From positions 70,494 to 134,493 of the forward strand of contig JAZQCN010000059.1 in assembly GCA_045546315.1 (NCBI GenBank): a stretch of DNA of 64,000 bases. The letters run 5' to 3'. How positions within the stretch are numbered: the first letter of the stretch is position 1; each line of letters begins with the position of its first letter. The translations under genes and the position numbers were made by a program. Shown here piece by piece: positions 1 through 9,683 of this stretch. The DNA comes from Clostridia bacterium (GTDB lineage Bacteria > Bacillota > Clostridia > UBA1381 > UMGS1253). A model generated the notes under the pieces. The model did not search any database. It had not been told where the DNA came from and saw only the letters and a list, made by a program, of their open reading frames with translations.

Positions 1-1228
1 CTTCCTTTTCCGCAAAATATGCCACATCATTTGCCACGCGGCTGAGCGCATCTCTTGTATAGTAGGTATACTGTGTCTTTTTCACAAAATCATCCACCGA
101 CAACGGACTGGAAAACTTCGCCGTACCGCTCGTCGGCAAGGTGTGGTTCGGTCCGGCGAAATAGTCGCCAAGCGCCTCCGGACAATTTTTGCCCATGAAA
201 ACCGAGCCTGCGTGACGAATGCTGTCGAGATAGTCAAACGGATTATCGACGCAAAGCTCCAAATGCTCCGGCGCAATATCGTTTGCAATCTCGATGGCAC
301 GCATCAAATCGTCTGCCACAATGATTTTACCGTTGGTGTCAATCGATACTCTTGCAATCTCTGCACGCAAAAGCTGAGGAATCTGCACCTCGAGCTCTGC
401 CTGCACAGCCTTTGCCAAATCCATCGAATCCGTCACAAGCACAGCACTTGCCATTTTATCATGTTCTGCCTGCGAAAGCAAGTCTGCCGCAATATGCTTC
501 GGGTTTGCCGTTGCATCGGCTACAACCAAAATTTCACTCGGTCCGGCAATCATATCAATGGAAACTGCGCCGAATACCTGCTTTTTCGCTTCTGCAACAT
601 AGGCATTGCCCGGCCCGACAATCTTGTCCACCTTCGGTACGCTTTCCGTACCGTAAGCAAGCGCAGCAACCGCCTGCGCACCGCCAAGCTTAAAGATTTT
701 ATCTACCCCGGCAATCGATGCCGCTGCCAAAATGACCGGATTGATTTTACCGTCCTTGCCCGGTGGTGTAACCATAACCACCTCACGAACACCGGCAATC
801 TTTGCAGGAATGGCGTCCATCAGTACCGTCGACGGATACGCCGCAGTACCGCCCGGCACATACAAGCCCGCACGGTCTACCGGGATAACCTTCTGCCCAA
901 TCACAATACCGTTTTCATCATTGATGATAAAGCTGGTACGCACCTGCTTTTCATGGAATTTGCGGATGTTTGCCGCAGCCTTCTCCAAAATCTCAATAAA
1001 TTTCGGCTCAACCGCAGCGCGCGCCGCAACAATTTCCTCTTTTGTAACGGCAAGGCTGTCCAGCTTTGCCCCATCAAACTTTTCGCAGTAGGCAAAAAGC
1101 GCCTGATCGCCGTTTGCGCGCACATCTTCTATAATTTCACCGACCGTCTTTTCTACGCCCGCACTTGAGGTCGAGCGAATAAAAATCTCACTGTGGTCAA
1201 TTTGTCCGTATTCTAAAATGCGAATCAT
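1..1228 (-). CDS. hisD: histidinol dehydrogenase, C-terminal end runs off the left edge (about 409 codons present)
   Basis: Absent from the ORF track because no stop lies inside the window. My own minus-strand translation from ATG at 1228 gives MIRILEYGQIDHSEIF...VPGGTAAYPSTVLM...GPGNAYVAEAKK...LSQAEHD...GDYFAGPNHTLPT, the HisD pattern. ATGA start/stop overlap with hisG. Confidence 0.9.
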   Translation of the reverse strand, partial: MIRILEYGQIDHSEIFIRSTSSAGVEKTVGEIIEDVRANGDQALFAYCEKFDGAKLDSLAVTKEEIVAARAAVEPKFIEILEKAAANIRKFHEKQVRTSFIINDENGIVIGQKVIPVDRAGLYVPGGTAAYPSTVLMDAIPAKIAGVREVVMVTPPGKDGKINPVILAAASIAGVDKIFKLGGAQAVAALAYGTESVPKVDKIVGPGNAYVAEAKKQVFGAVSIDMIAGPSEILVVADATANPKHIAADLLSQAEHDKMASAVLVTDSMDLAKAVQAELEVQIPQLLRAEIARVSIDTNGKIIVADDLMRAIEIANDIAPEHLELCVDNPFDYLDSIRHAGSVFMGKNCPEALGDYFAGPNHTLPTSGTAKFSSPLSVDDFVKKTQYTYYTRDALSRVANDVAYFAEKE

Positions 1229-1854
1229 TTTTCTGCCTCCACCTGTGCACTGAGGCTTGCCAAAATTTCCTGCATCAGCGCATTTTTAAATTTAAAGCTC
1301 GGCTTGTTTGCAATCAGTCTCGCGCTGATTGGCATAAAGCTTTCAAAAACCTCGAGGTTGTTTTCCTTTAAGGTCGAGCCCGTTTCCACGATATCGACAA
1401 TCACATCGGAAAGGTCTAAAATCGGCGCAATCTCAATCGAGCCGTTTAAGTGAATGATATCAATATCGCGCCCCAGCGCGGCATAGTGTGCCTTTGCAAT
1501 GTTGGTAAACTTCGTTGCAACGCGTAGCGTCTTTTCCGGATTATCGCGAAAGCCTTTTTTTGCCGCAACCGCCATACGACACTTGCCCAAATTCAAATCC
1601 AAAAGCTCATACACATCCGGCGTGTACTCTGCTAAAATATCCTTGCCGGCAACACCGATATCCGCCGCACCGCGTTCTACATAGATTGCAACATCAGATG
1701 GTTTTACCCAAAAGTAGCGCACCTGCTTTTCTGCGTTTTCAAAAATCAGCTTGCGCCCCGGCTCGTGAATTTCCGGGCACTCAAAGCCCGCCTTTTCAAA
1801 CATAGCATATACCTTTTCGCCCAATCTGCCCTTCGGCAGTGCGACATTAAGCAT
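1225..1854 (-). CDS. hisG: ATP phosphoribosyltransferase, short form (catalytic subunit)
   Basis: ORF 1225..1863. MLNVALPKGRLGEKV... is a typical HisG N-terminus. About 209 aa, the short form that needs HisZ. ATG at 1854 overlaps the hisZ stop by 8 nt (ATGCTTAA). Confidence 0.9.
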   Translation of the reverse strand: MLNVALPKGRLGEKVYAMFEKAGFECPEIHEPGRKLIFENAEKQVRYFWVKPSDVAIYVERGAADIGVAGKDILAEYTPDVYELLDLNLGKCRMAVAAKKGFRDNPEKTLRVATKFTNIAKAHYAALGRDIDIIHLNGSIEIAPILDLSDVIVDIVETGSTLKENNLEVFESFMPISARLIANKPSFKFKNALMQEILASLSAQVEAEK

Positions 1855-2965
1855 TGTTTTCAAGAATCTCCAGTCCCTTCTCCTGCAGCTTTAAAAGCTG
1901 TTTGTACTGCAGTTTTTCCGGTATTGCACCGGTTGCCAGCACGCGCTTGCCGCCGGCAGTCATCAGTCGTACCGCCGCGCTGACTGCTTCCGCGTCTGCG
2001 CCTGCATCATATAAAATCACGGCATCTACATCATATTTCTTTTCTTCGCCCTGCAAACGCTCGAGCATATCCAGATATACCGCAAAGCCGATGGCGCGCG
2101 ATTTTCTGCCCATCTTCTGCATCAGCTTGTCATATTCACCGCCGGACAAAATGCCAGTCGGGATCCCTTCGATAAAGCCACAGAACACGATGCCGTTATA
2201 ATAGCTTTGATTATTGATTACGGAAAAATCCACATACACATTCTCTGCGCAGCCATTTGCCGCTAAAAACGCCGCCATACGCGCAAGCTGCTCAATTGCC
2301 GCGCTCATTTTTTCGCTTACAGAAAGCGTTTTCAGCGCGGGCAAAACCTCTGTCAGCTTGCCGTAGGTTGAAGCGAGCGTCTTTAAAAGCGAGCCGTCCA
2401 CGCCGGCAGCTGTGCAAATTTGGTCGATGCCGTGCAGATTCTTTTCGCCGATTTTCTCTAAAAGCGCCTTCTCTGTTTGCGCATCCGCGCCAAGTGCCGC
2501 AATCGCCTCAGACACAATGTCCATATGCGAAACATCCAAAATGTACGCCTCGGAAATACTTTTCAGGCTCTCGGCCGCAAGCATCACGGTTTCAAAAATG
2601 CAGTAATCGTCAATTGCACCGATACACTCTAAGCCTACCTGCATAATTTCCTGAAAAGCATTGTTTTTCTTGGAAACACGGTATACATTTTCATTGTAGT
2701 ATACCTTTTGCACACAGCCCGGCACATCTTTTCCGTTTTTAATAATCGAAAGCGTCACATCCGGCTTTAAGGCTAAAAGCTTGCCGTCCGTATCGGTAAA
2801 GGTGATGATGTTGTCCGACACGAGGTAGTCTTTATTGCGCACATACAAATCATAGGCTTCGAATTTGCTCATTTTATACTGTGTATAACCGTACAGGCTG
2901 TAGAGCGCGCGCAAATCGAAAATCGCTTTTTCTTCATTTTTTAAAACATTGCGACTGAATTCCAT
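1847..2965 (-). CDS. hisZ: ATP phosphoribosyltransferase regulatory subunit (HisRS paralog)
   Basis: ORF 1847..2977, class-II aaRS-like sequence directly upstream of short-form hisG. ATG at 2965 has SD GGGTGA and lies 1 nt after the yerC stop. Confidence 0.85.
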   Translation of the reverse strand: MEFSRNVLKNEEKAIFDLRALYSLYGYTQYKMSKFEAYDLYVRNKDYLVSDNIITFTDTDGKLLALKPDVTLSIIKNGKDVPGCVQKVYYNENVYRVSKKNNAFQEIMQVGLECIGAIDDYCIFETVMLAAESLKSISEAYILDVSHMDIVSEAIAALGADAQTEKALLEKIGEKNLHGIDQICTAAGVDGSLLKTLASTYGKLTEVLPALKTLSVSEKMSAAIEQLARMAAFLAANGCAENVYVDFSVINNQSYYNGIVFCGFIEGIPTGILSGGEYDKLMQKMGRKSRAIGFAVYLDMLERLQGEEKKYDVDAVILYDAGADAEAVSAAVRLMTAGGKRVLATGAIPEKLQYKQLLKLQEKGLEILENNA

Positions 2966-2966
2966 C

Positions 2967-3263
2967 TTACTTTTCACCCTTTTCCTTTAAACGCTCCAGC
3001 GCAGTCTTATAGCCGTCGTTACCATAGAGCAGGCATTTGTTGACGCGGCTGATGGTCGCTGTGCTTGCGCCGGTCTTCTTGGAAATCTCCAGATAGCTGA
3101 TGTTCTGGCTTAAAAGCTCGGCGACCTCCAAACGCTGCGAAATATCCTGAAGCTCCTTAATCGTGCAAATATCTTCAAAAAAATCGTAGCACTCGTCTAA
3201 ATCCTTCAAATTCAAAATCACTTCAAACAGGCGGTCAACCGCCTCCGTATGCAGCTTTTTCAT
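2967..3263 (-). CDS. TrpR-like YerC/YecD family DNA-binding protein
   Basis: MKKLHTEAVDRLFEVILNLKDLDECYDFFEDICTIKELQDISQRLEVAELL...ISKKTGASTATISRVNKCL matches the YerC/YecD small HTH family. AAGGAG SD lies 9 nt before the ATG at 3263 (the ORF track start 3290 is probably too long). Confidence 0.8.
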   Translation of the reverse strand: MKKLHTEAVDRLFEVILNLKDLDECYDFFEDICTIKELQDISQRLEVAELLSQNISYLEISKKTGASTATISRVNKCLLYGNDGYKTALERLKEKGEK

Positions 3264-3296
3264 TTCTGTACATCTCCTTAATTTTATCATGGTAGT

Positions 3297-3325
3297 ATTT
3301 TACCACGCTAAACTGTGAAAGTAAA
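3297..3325 (-). promoter_or_regulatory. putative sigma-A promoter of the yerC-his operon
   Basis: Minus strand TTTACT-17 nt-TAAAAT with TG at the extended -10 position (TGGTAAAAT). Confidence 0.35.
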
Positions 3326-3363
3326 GTCTTTTTTATATAAAGTACATTTTTTCGTGAGTTTAT

Positions 3364-3410
3364 ATAAAAAACAGACCGAAAACCCGGCGGGTTTCGGTCC
3401 TTTTTATTCT
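3364..3410. terminator. bidirectional intrinsic terminator after the GH20 gene
   Basis: GACCGAAAACCC-GGC-GGGTTTCGGTC hairpin (3374..3399) with an A-run before and a T-run after. Confidence 0.6.
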
Positions 3411-3420
3411 TTTTTGCAAA

Positions 3421-5304
3421 TCAATATCCTATTCTGCCCAGATTGCTTGCAGAGCAGAGCTTCAAATACTCTAAATTCTGTTTTATTTTTCCTGTACCGG
3501 AGTAGCTGAGTCTTTCCTCTTCCAGCTCCTCAATACAGTCAATTCTTCCCGCAAGATAATCACCTACGCGCATAATCGCAGTATCGATTCTTGCCGCAAC
3601 ACCGCCGTGGCGTATATCAATCACTTCCCAGCCAATCGGCTTGTACTCGTCAAAGTAATGCGCACGGTGCGCCTTGCGGAGTACATGGGCATCCTCCAAA
3701 AGTGTCGGCAGGGTTTCGTCACGCAGCTTTGCAAGTGCTTCTTTGTCACCCGCCTGATATGCCGCATACAGCTTTTGACCGATGTTTGCCTTGACCTTCA
3801 GCACCTTACAAAGTGCGGCATAGTATTCAAACATCAATTTGAAATCCGGGAACTGTACAGCGCTTTCTTCAAACTGCTTTTGCAGCTTATCGTAGTGCGG
3901 ATAATAATCATAATCGCCCAAATCCGCATCCATGAGTCCCAAAAGCACATCCGGCCACATAATCGCACGCGACACGGAGATGTTTTCTGTGTTTTCATCC
4001 GTCACCCCCGGCACGGAATCAAGTGCATCAATTGCAATTAAAGCATCCCAGGAAAGCTTTGTGCTCGCCGCCAAGCGCTCTGCAACCAAACTGCGCGGCG
4101 CGTCGTCACCATAGACAAGCTCCGCCGTCATCTGCAGGCTGGGCAGCACGGCAAAGGTACTGCTTTCTCTGCCGTCATCTCCCCAGAGGCAGGAAAAAAC
4201 CTCACGCACACCCTTTTGCTTGCATACCTGCATACCGACTTTGGTTGTAATTTCGGATTTTGTATAATGTGCACCGAATGTGCGCACATTTCTCGAGCAG
4301 CACGCCCAAATCACTCTGTCGGTCAGATACTGCGTCTTTTCTATCATCGCACCGAAAAACGCCGGATCGGTTGTGTAATAGTCCCAATAAATCAATGACA
4401 TATTGTCCGGAACGCTTGCTCGATCCGCCTCATCAAAAACGATGTCGAGCCGTCTATACGGATCATGCGGATTTTTCAGCTTTGCCCGGAAAGGCATATC
4501 GCCCCACATCATGGGTTGCATACCATGCTTTTTAAGCAGCTGCGTTACCTTTTTCAGATGTGTCTTCATGATTTCAGCGGACGGACAATACCCATGCTTG
4601 CCAAAATATTTTCCCAAACCAAGATCAAACGCTTCGTCTAATCCAATATGAATCCGCTTGGTACGATATGCCTTTTTCATCGTTAAAATCATTTTTTCAA
4701 TCAAGGCATATGTTTTTTCCTCGCCGACCAGCATAACGGTTTTTGTGTCTGCAATATCCTGATAGGCTACCTTTTTCAAAAGCTCCGGCAAATGTCCGAG
4801 TGTCTGGATGCAAGGAATCATTTCTATACCGAGATTATACGCATAATCATCGATTTCCTGCAGCTCTTTAAGTGTATAGCGCGTACGCATATAGCCAAAG
4901 TACGGCTCGCCCTCGATTTCATAGGTATCCTCGCAATAGAGCATCGACATGTTATAGCCCATACCCGCCAGCATTAAAAGCATCTTTTTCACGCTTTGAA
5001 CCGACATCTGCGAGTTTGCCTGAGCGCCGTCAAACATCGTACCAAGTGTATCAAAAGAGCAGGTTTCCTCATGCGAAAAACGCTCCTCTTTTGCATTCGG
5101 CTTTAAAAGCACGAGCGCACGAAACAGCTGGTACGGCTTTGCAACCGTAATTTTCGCTGTTTTTCCGCTCTTTTCAATTTTAATTTTGTCTCCGCCGATG
5201 CTTGCCTCAACGACTGCGTCATATGCATCAAAATTATGAAATGCCGAAAATTCTTCTAAACCCTTACCATATTGCGGCGCAAAGCCGTTCAAAATAATTT
5301 TCAT
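3421..5304 (-). CDS. GH20 family beta-N-acetylhexosaminidase, no signal peptide
   Basis: ORF 3421..5373. MKIILNG start at 5304 has a GGAGA SD and sits just after the nagA stop. RIHIGLDEAFDLG resembles the GH20 H-x-G-x-D-E catalytic motif. Operon context with nagA/nagB. Confidence 0.8.
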   Translation of the reverse strand: MKIILNGFAPQYGKGLEEFSAFHNFDAYDAVVEASIGGDKIKIEKSGKTAKITVAKPYQLFRALVLLKPNAKEERFSHEETCSFDTLGTMFDGAQANSQMSVQSVKKMLLMLAGMGYNMSMLYCEDTYEIEGEPYFGYMRTRYTLKELQEIDDYAYNLGIEMIPCIQTLGHLPELLKKVAYQDIADTKTVMLVGEEKTYALIEKMILTMKKAYRTKRIHIGLDEAFDLGLGKYFGKHGYCPSAEIMKTHLKKVTQLLKKHGMQPMMWGDMPFRAKLKNPHDPYRRLDIVFDEADRASVPDNMSLIYWDYYTTDPAFFGAMIEKTQYLTDRVIWACCSRNVRTFGAHYTKSEITTKVGMQVCKQKGVREVFSCLWGDDGRESSTFAVLPSLQMTAELVYGDDAPRSLVAERLAASTKLSWDALIAIDALDSVPGVTDENTENISVSRAIMWPDVLLGLMDADLGDYDYYPHYDKLQKQFEESAVQFPDFKLMFEYYAALCKVLKVKANIGQKLYAAYQAGDKEALAKLRDETLPTLLEDAHVLRKAHRAHYFDEYKPIGWEVIDIRHGGVAARIDTAIMRVGDYLAGRIDCIEELEEERLSYSGTGKIKQNLEYLKLCSASNLGRIGY

Positions 5305-5305
5305 T

Positions 5306-6472
5306 TTATATCTCCTTACACAGCATAGTCTTTTGGATATTGAAATCCGCATCCCAAAACGCAAGGTCTGCATCCTTGCCAGCCTCCAGGCTGCCTTTAC
5401 ACTTGTCCAGTCCGATAATGCGCGCCGGTGTAAGCGAAAGCATTTTCACCGCCGTCGGTAAATCTACATCACACTTTTTGTGTGCCCAGCGAAGCATAAT
5501 ATCCCCCGTAGCGATACTGCCTGCAAAAAAGCTTCTGTCCGGCAGCTTTGCGACGCCATCCTCGATGATAACGCGGTTTTCCGGAAGCTTCGCCCCAAGG
5601 AAGCTTTCCGTTACATTCGTGCCTGCCGCACGCATTGCATCCGAAGTCAAATTGATTTTATCCGCACCCTTAACCTTAAGCGCCAACAAAAGCACCTCTT
5701 TTGCTAAATGACAGCCGTCGGCAATCAACTCAATGTCCATATCCTCTAAAAGATACGCCGCCTCCCGCACACCGGCATACAAAACCTGATTGATTTTTCG
5801 CACGGTCGGTGTATTCGAATACAAATGAGTAAAATGGCTAAAGCCCATTGCGTGTGCCTTTTCCACATCTGCATAAATCGCATCGCTGTGTCCGACGGAC
5901 AAAACAATACCACGCTTTTTAAATTCACTTGCAAGGTACTCAATGCCCGGAAGCTCCGGCGCCGCAGTGCACATTTTAACAATATCCCCACCGCGCTCCA
6001 GAAGTTCGTCTATCTCTGCTTTTTCCGGATTGCGAACATAGGCGGGATTTTGCGCACCCTTCTGCTCCATAGAAATATATGGTCCTTCCAAATGCAGACC
6101 GGCATAGTGCACACTGCCCTTATCCTTTAACTTACGGTACATATCAAAAAGCGCATACATTTGCTCCGGTGGACAAGCCACCGCCGTTGGCAGAAGCGTT
6201 GTTGTACCATGTGCGCGATGCGCCGCGGCAATACCGTCAAACGCTTCCTCTGTTGCATCCATAAAGTCATAGCCGCCGCCACCGTGCAGATGAATTTCCA
6301 CAAAGCCCGGTGTTACAAATGCACCGTTTGCGTCTATCGCTTTCGCTTCCGCCGGGATTTCGCCCGTATAGCCGACATCTTTGATTTTACCGTCCTGCAC
6401 AACAAGCGCGCCTTCGATGACTCTCTCCGGCGTAACCAGCTTTGCATTTTTAATAAATGTCATATCCTTCAC
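5306..6472 (-). CDS. nagA: N-acetylglucosamine-6-phosphate deacetylase
   Basis: 388 aa. GFVEIHLHGGGGYDFMD and downstream amidohydrolase motifs are typical of NagA. Confidence 0.9.
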   Translation of the reverse strand: MKDMTFIKNAKLVTPERVIEGALVVQDGKIKDVGYTGEIPAEAKAIDANGAFVTPGFVEIHLHGGGGYDFMDATEEAFDGIAAAHRAHGTTTLLPTAVACPPEQMYALFDMYRKLKDKGSVHYAGLHLEGPYISMEQKGAQNPAYVRNPEKAEIDELLERGGDIVKMCTAAPELPGIEYLASEFKKRGIVLSVGHSDAIYADVEKAHAMGFSHFTHLYSNTPTVRKINQVLYAGVREAAYLLEDMDIELIADGCHLAKEVLLLALKVKGADKINLTSDAMRAAGTNVTESFLGAKLPENRVIIEDGVAKLPDRSFFAGSIATGDIMLRWAHKKCDVDLPTAVKMLSLTPARIIGLDKCKGSLEAGKDADLAFWDADFNIQKTMLCKEI

Positions 6473-6473
6473 C

Positions 6474-7322
6474 TTACTTGTTGTAAATACGAATTTCCGG
6501 CACCGGGGACTGCAGCGCTACACCAGCGGCGTAGAGCTTTGCATCCGGATGGTTCTGGAACAGCGAGCACGGCACCTTCGCCGTAATATCGCCGTGCAGC
6601 ACCTTGCGCAGTGCGCCTGCATTCCAGTCGCGCGGCATGCACATACGCACCTTCTTTGCCATAAACATTTCCTTCATACCAACCGTGATGCAGTATTCCG
6701 GAATACCGTCCAAATCACCGCTGCAGTTCATGAAGCAGTTGATGGTTTTGGTTTCCCTCGAAATCTTAAGCACGCGTGTCGGGCGGTTGACAAATTCCTC
6801 ATTGTCCACCGGTTCGCCCGGTTCCGGCGGCTCGTTGAATGCAAAGTGACCGTTGATGCCGATACCACCCCAAGCCATATCCAGCTTGCCGTACTTTTCA
6901 ATCAGCTCCAGAACAAGCCCTTCGTTACCCGGCTCCGGGAAAATTCTGTTTTCCGGCAGCACATTGAGTTCATCGTCAATCTTGCTGTAGAAAATGCGGT
7001 TCATACCGCCGCGGAAGGACAGCGGATCACTTTCATCGATGTATTCGTGGTCATTTTTGAGATACTCGTCCATATTGATAAAGCAGCAGTTCTTCAGACT
7101 GATGCGATACTTATTTACCAAGTACACCAATCTGCTGTACGGGCCAATCGGACCATACGGCACAACCATCAGTGTCGGCTCACCCTTGCGGTTGTTTTCT
7201 GCGATACATTCCACAACCTCAATTGCCATCTTCCAATACAAATCGTGCTCCGTTTCACAAACATCCAATACAATGTTGGAGCCCTTGCCGAGTTCTTCGG
7301 CAGGAATTCTGTTGATATCCAT
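6474..7322 (-). CDS. nagB: glucosamine-6-phosphate deaminase/isomerase family protein
   Basis: 282 aa. FINMDEYL and a NagB/6-phosphogluconolactonase-like fold pattern. 1-nt gap to nagA. Confidence 0.75.
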   Translation of the reverse strand: MDINRIPAEELGKGSNIVLDVCETEHDLYWKMAIEVVECIAENNRKGEPTLMVVPYGPIGPYSRLVYLVNKYRISLKNCCFINMDEYLKNDHEYIDESDPLSFRGGMNRIFYSKIDDELNVLPENRIFPEPGNEGLVLELIEKYGKLDMAWGGIGINGHFAFNEPPEPGEPVDNEEFVNRPTRVLKISRETKTINCFMNCSGDLDGIPEYCITVGMKEMFMAKKVRMCMPRDWNAGALRKVLHGDITAKVPCSLFQNHPDAKLYAAGVALQSPVPEIRIYNK

Positions 7323-7428
7323 TTTTTATCATCCTTTCAAAATTTTATTTCTGTTTTCATTATAACAAGCCTGCAAAACACATTCTACATCAATGCTGTC
7401 GTTTTTTAGCACAATTCTGCTAAACCAT

Positions 7429-7457
7429 TTGACATGCTTGTTTGTAAAAGCTATAAT
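7429..7457 (+). promoter_or_regulatory. sigma-A promoter of the AraC-family gene
   Basis: TTGACA-17 nt-TATAAT, 12/12 match, 24 nt before the ATG at 7481. Confidence 0.6.
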
Positions 7458-7480
7458 GAAACTGGAAAGGATGTGAGCAA

Positions 7481-8302
7481 ATGCGCTACAGTACAGAGTA
7501 TGTTTCCGACGATTATCTGCACATGAATTCCTGCTATGTGCAATACTTGTATGACCATGACACAGGCTCTTTGCGTCCAAACGGGCGCAGCGACTATTTG
7601 CTTTTGTATATCGCCGAAGGCAAGTGCTACGCTACTGTAAATCAAAAGCAGTTGTGCATTGAAGCCGGAAATCTTGTTTTATTCCGCCCCGGCGAGCCAC
7701 AGGCGTACAGCTTCAAAAAAGCCGACCGCTCCGTTTTATGCTCCATTCATTTTACCGGCACAGGCTGTGATGCTCTTTTAAGAGAAATTGATATGCAAAA
7801 CAAGAATATAATATTTGTTGGAAGCTCTAAAAAAATTCTCTCCGTTTTCGAAAAAACCACAAGAGAATTTACACTGAAAACGCCGGAGTATCAGAGCTTT
7901 TGCGACGCCTATCTCTTTGAGCTTTTTGCCAGCATCAAGCGCCAGCTTGCCTATAAAAACAATCCGACCTACATTAAAAATAACGCCTTGGTTGATGCGG
8001 TTTGCCGTTTGATGTACGATGAATATGCCCAAAGTGTGCCGCTAAAGCGCTACGCAGATTTTTGCCACCTGAGTGTAAGCCGCTTTGCACATATGTTCAA
8101 AAGCTGCACCGGCTCCTCGCCGCTTGAATATATAATGCGCATCCGCATTGAAAAGGCAATGCATTTTTTAGTCTATACCGACCTTTCAATCACAGAAATT
8201 GCCGACCTCACCGGCTTTTCCTCGCAAAATTATTTCGGGCGCATTTTCAAACGCTTTACCGGCACTTCTCCCAAAAGATTTGCCGCCGAAAACAGAACAT
8301 AA
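7481..8302 (+). CDS. AraC family transcriptional regulator
   Basis: 273 aa. N-terminal cupin-like sensor plus C-terminal double HTH (FCHLSVSRFAHMFK...ITEIADLTGFSSQNYFGRIFKRFTG). Divergent from the nag operon. Confidence 0.85.
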   Translation: MRYSTEYVSDDYLHMNSCYVQYLYDHDTGSLRPNGRSDYLLLYIAEGKCYATVNQKQLCIEAGNLVLFRPGEPQAYSFKKADRSVLCSIHFTGTGCDALLREIDMQNKNIIFVGSSKKILSVFEKTTREFTLKTPEYQSFCDAYLFELFASIKRQLAYKNNPTYIKNNALVDAVCRLMYDEYAQSVPLKRYADFCHLSVSRFAHMFKSCTGSSPLEYIMRIRIEKAMHFLVYTDLSITEIADLTGFSSQNYFGRIFKRFTGTSPKRFAAENRT

Positions 8303-8341
8303 AAAAGGCGCCTCTCTGCATTTTGCAGAGAAGCGTTTTTA
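8301..8341. terminator. bidirectional intrinsic terminator between the AraC gene and rhaA
   Basis: CGCCTCTCTGC-ATTTT-GCAGAGAAGCG hairpin flanked by A6 and T5. Confidence 0.6.
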
Positions 8342-8342
8342 T

Positions 8343-9587
8343 TTATCTCTTTAACAATACTTCGTTTTCGTGCTTTTTCACTTCTTCAAACCAGCTTTGA
8401 TCAGCCGCTACACCGCACTGCTTGCAGTACTCAGCCCAAACCTCGCCAATCGGAAGCATTTTAAGCTCCTCCTGCAGCACCAAAAGCTCGGTGGTTTCGT
8501 GCTTATCCTGCAAATCCTTTAAAAGTGCGTTTGGCAGACACAGCGCAGTTAAAAGTGCCTTCTGCCAGCTGCGGAAGCCAACAACCCAGGATGCAATACG
8601 GTTGATGCTTGCGTCAAAGTAATCCAGTGCCATATAGGTTCTGTCAAGCCCGTCGCAGCGTACGATTTCCTTCGCCATTTCTATAGTTTCATCATCGTAG
8701 CGAACAGAGTGGTCACTGTCCCAACGAATTGCGCGCGTAATATGCAGTGCAATTTCCGGGAAGAAGGCAAGCAGCGCCGGAATCTTGTCAGACACAACCT
8801 CTGTCGGATGGTAGTGGCCGTTGTCCATCAGCGGCAGGCAGCCGTCATGCATTGCAGCAAAGCTTAAAGAAAACTCTGCCGAGCCTACCGTATAAGCCTC
8901 AACACCAATGCCAAACACCTTCGATTCCACACATGGTTTTACCAGATTCGGATCGTACGGCTCAGACAAAATCTGCTCAATGGAATCCTTATAACGCATA
9001 CGCGGACCCAAGCGGTCTGCCGGAATATCCTTATAACCATCGCCCGTCCAAATGTTCATTACGCACGGAATACCTGTTTCCTTTGCAAAATACTCGGAAA
9101 TGCGGATACACGCCTTACCATGGTCAATCCAGAACTTGCGGGTTGCTTCGTCCGGGCTGGACAATGTAAGACCGTTCTTTACCTTATCGTGCGAGAAAAA
9201 TGTCGGGTTAAAGTCAATACCCATGCCGCGTGCCTTCGCAAATTCTACCCACTTTGCAAAATGCTTCGGTGCAATCGCGTCACGGTCAACAAACTCACCG
9301 TCCTCAAAAATTGCATAGCAAGCGTGCAGGTTTAATTTCTTTGTGCCCGGCATCAAGCTGATTGCTTTGTCCATATCTGCCATCAGCTGCTCCGGCGTTG
9401 TTGCCTTGCCCGGGTAGTTGCCCGTAGTCTGAATACCGCCGGTAAGCGGGCCATCGTGGTCAAAACCGATAACATCATCGCCCTGCCAGCAATGCAGGGA
9501 TACCGGAATAGATTTCAATTTTGCAATTGCGGCGTCTGTATCGACACCGATTCTTTTATAAAGCTCTCTTGCGTTTTCGTAGTTCAT
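8343..9587 (-). CDS. rhaA: L-rhamnose isomerase
   Basis: 414 aa. VSLHCWQGDDVIGF...LTGGIQTTGNYPGKA...WDSDHSVRYDDE...DYFDASINRIASWV is collinear with E. coli RhaA as I remember it. Confidence 0.9.
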   Translation of the reverse strand: MNYENARELYKRIGVDTDAAIAKLKSIPVSLHCWQGDDVIGFDHDGPLTGGIQTTGNYPGKATTPEQLMADMDKAISLMPGTKKLNLHACYAIFEDGEFVDRDAIAPKHFAKWVEFAKARGMGIDFNPTFFSHDKVKNGLTLSSPDEATRKFWIDHGKACIRISEYFAKETGIPCVMNIWTGDGYKDIPADRLGPRMRYKDSIEQILSEPYDPNLVKPCVESKVFGIGVEAYTVGSAEFSLSFAAMHDGCLPLMDNGHYHPTEVVSDKIPALLAFFPEIALHITRAIRWDSDHSVRYDDETIEMAKEIVRCDGLDRTYMALDYFDASINRIASWVVGFRSWQKALLTALCLPNALLKDLQDKHETTELLVLQEELKMLPIGEVWAEYCKQCGVAADQSWFEEVKKHENEVLLKR

Positions 9588-9637
9588 ACTTTTACCCTCC
9601 GTTTCTCATCCGTATAAAGCTCTTTTCGCTAAAAAAC

Positions 9638-9667
9638 ATTATAATGGATTTCCGGCGTCTTTGTCAA
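9638..9667 (-). promoter_or_regulatory. sigma-A promoter of rhaA
   Basis: Minus strand TTGACA-18 nt-TATAAT, about 50 nt upstream of the rhaA ATG. Confidence 0.55.
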
Positions 9668-9683
9668 GATACAGTAGGCTACA

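Noticed and set aside
143-1168. 341-aa plus-strand ORF (and nested 113/119-aa ORFs) at the left edge
   Set aside because: It is antisense to a clear hisD reading frame that the ORF track omits only because hisD runs off the window. The translation is Arg/Cys/Asn-rich with no recognisable domain.
3264-3420. T-box leader or His attenuator peptide upstream of the his operon
   Set aside because: The region is ~100 nt of AT-rich promoter sequence. It has no specifier or T-box sequence (AGGGUGGNACCGCG-like) and no His-codon-rich mini-ORF.
6381-7409. 342-aa plus-strand ORF
   Set aside because: Antisense to nagB. No RBS and no recognisable family.
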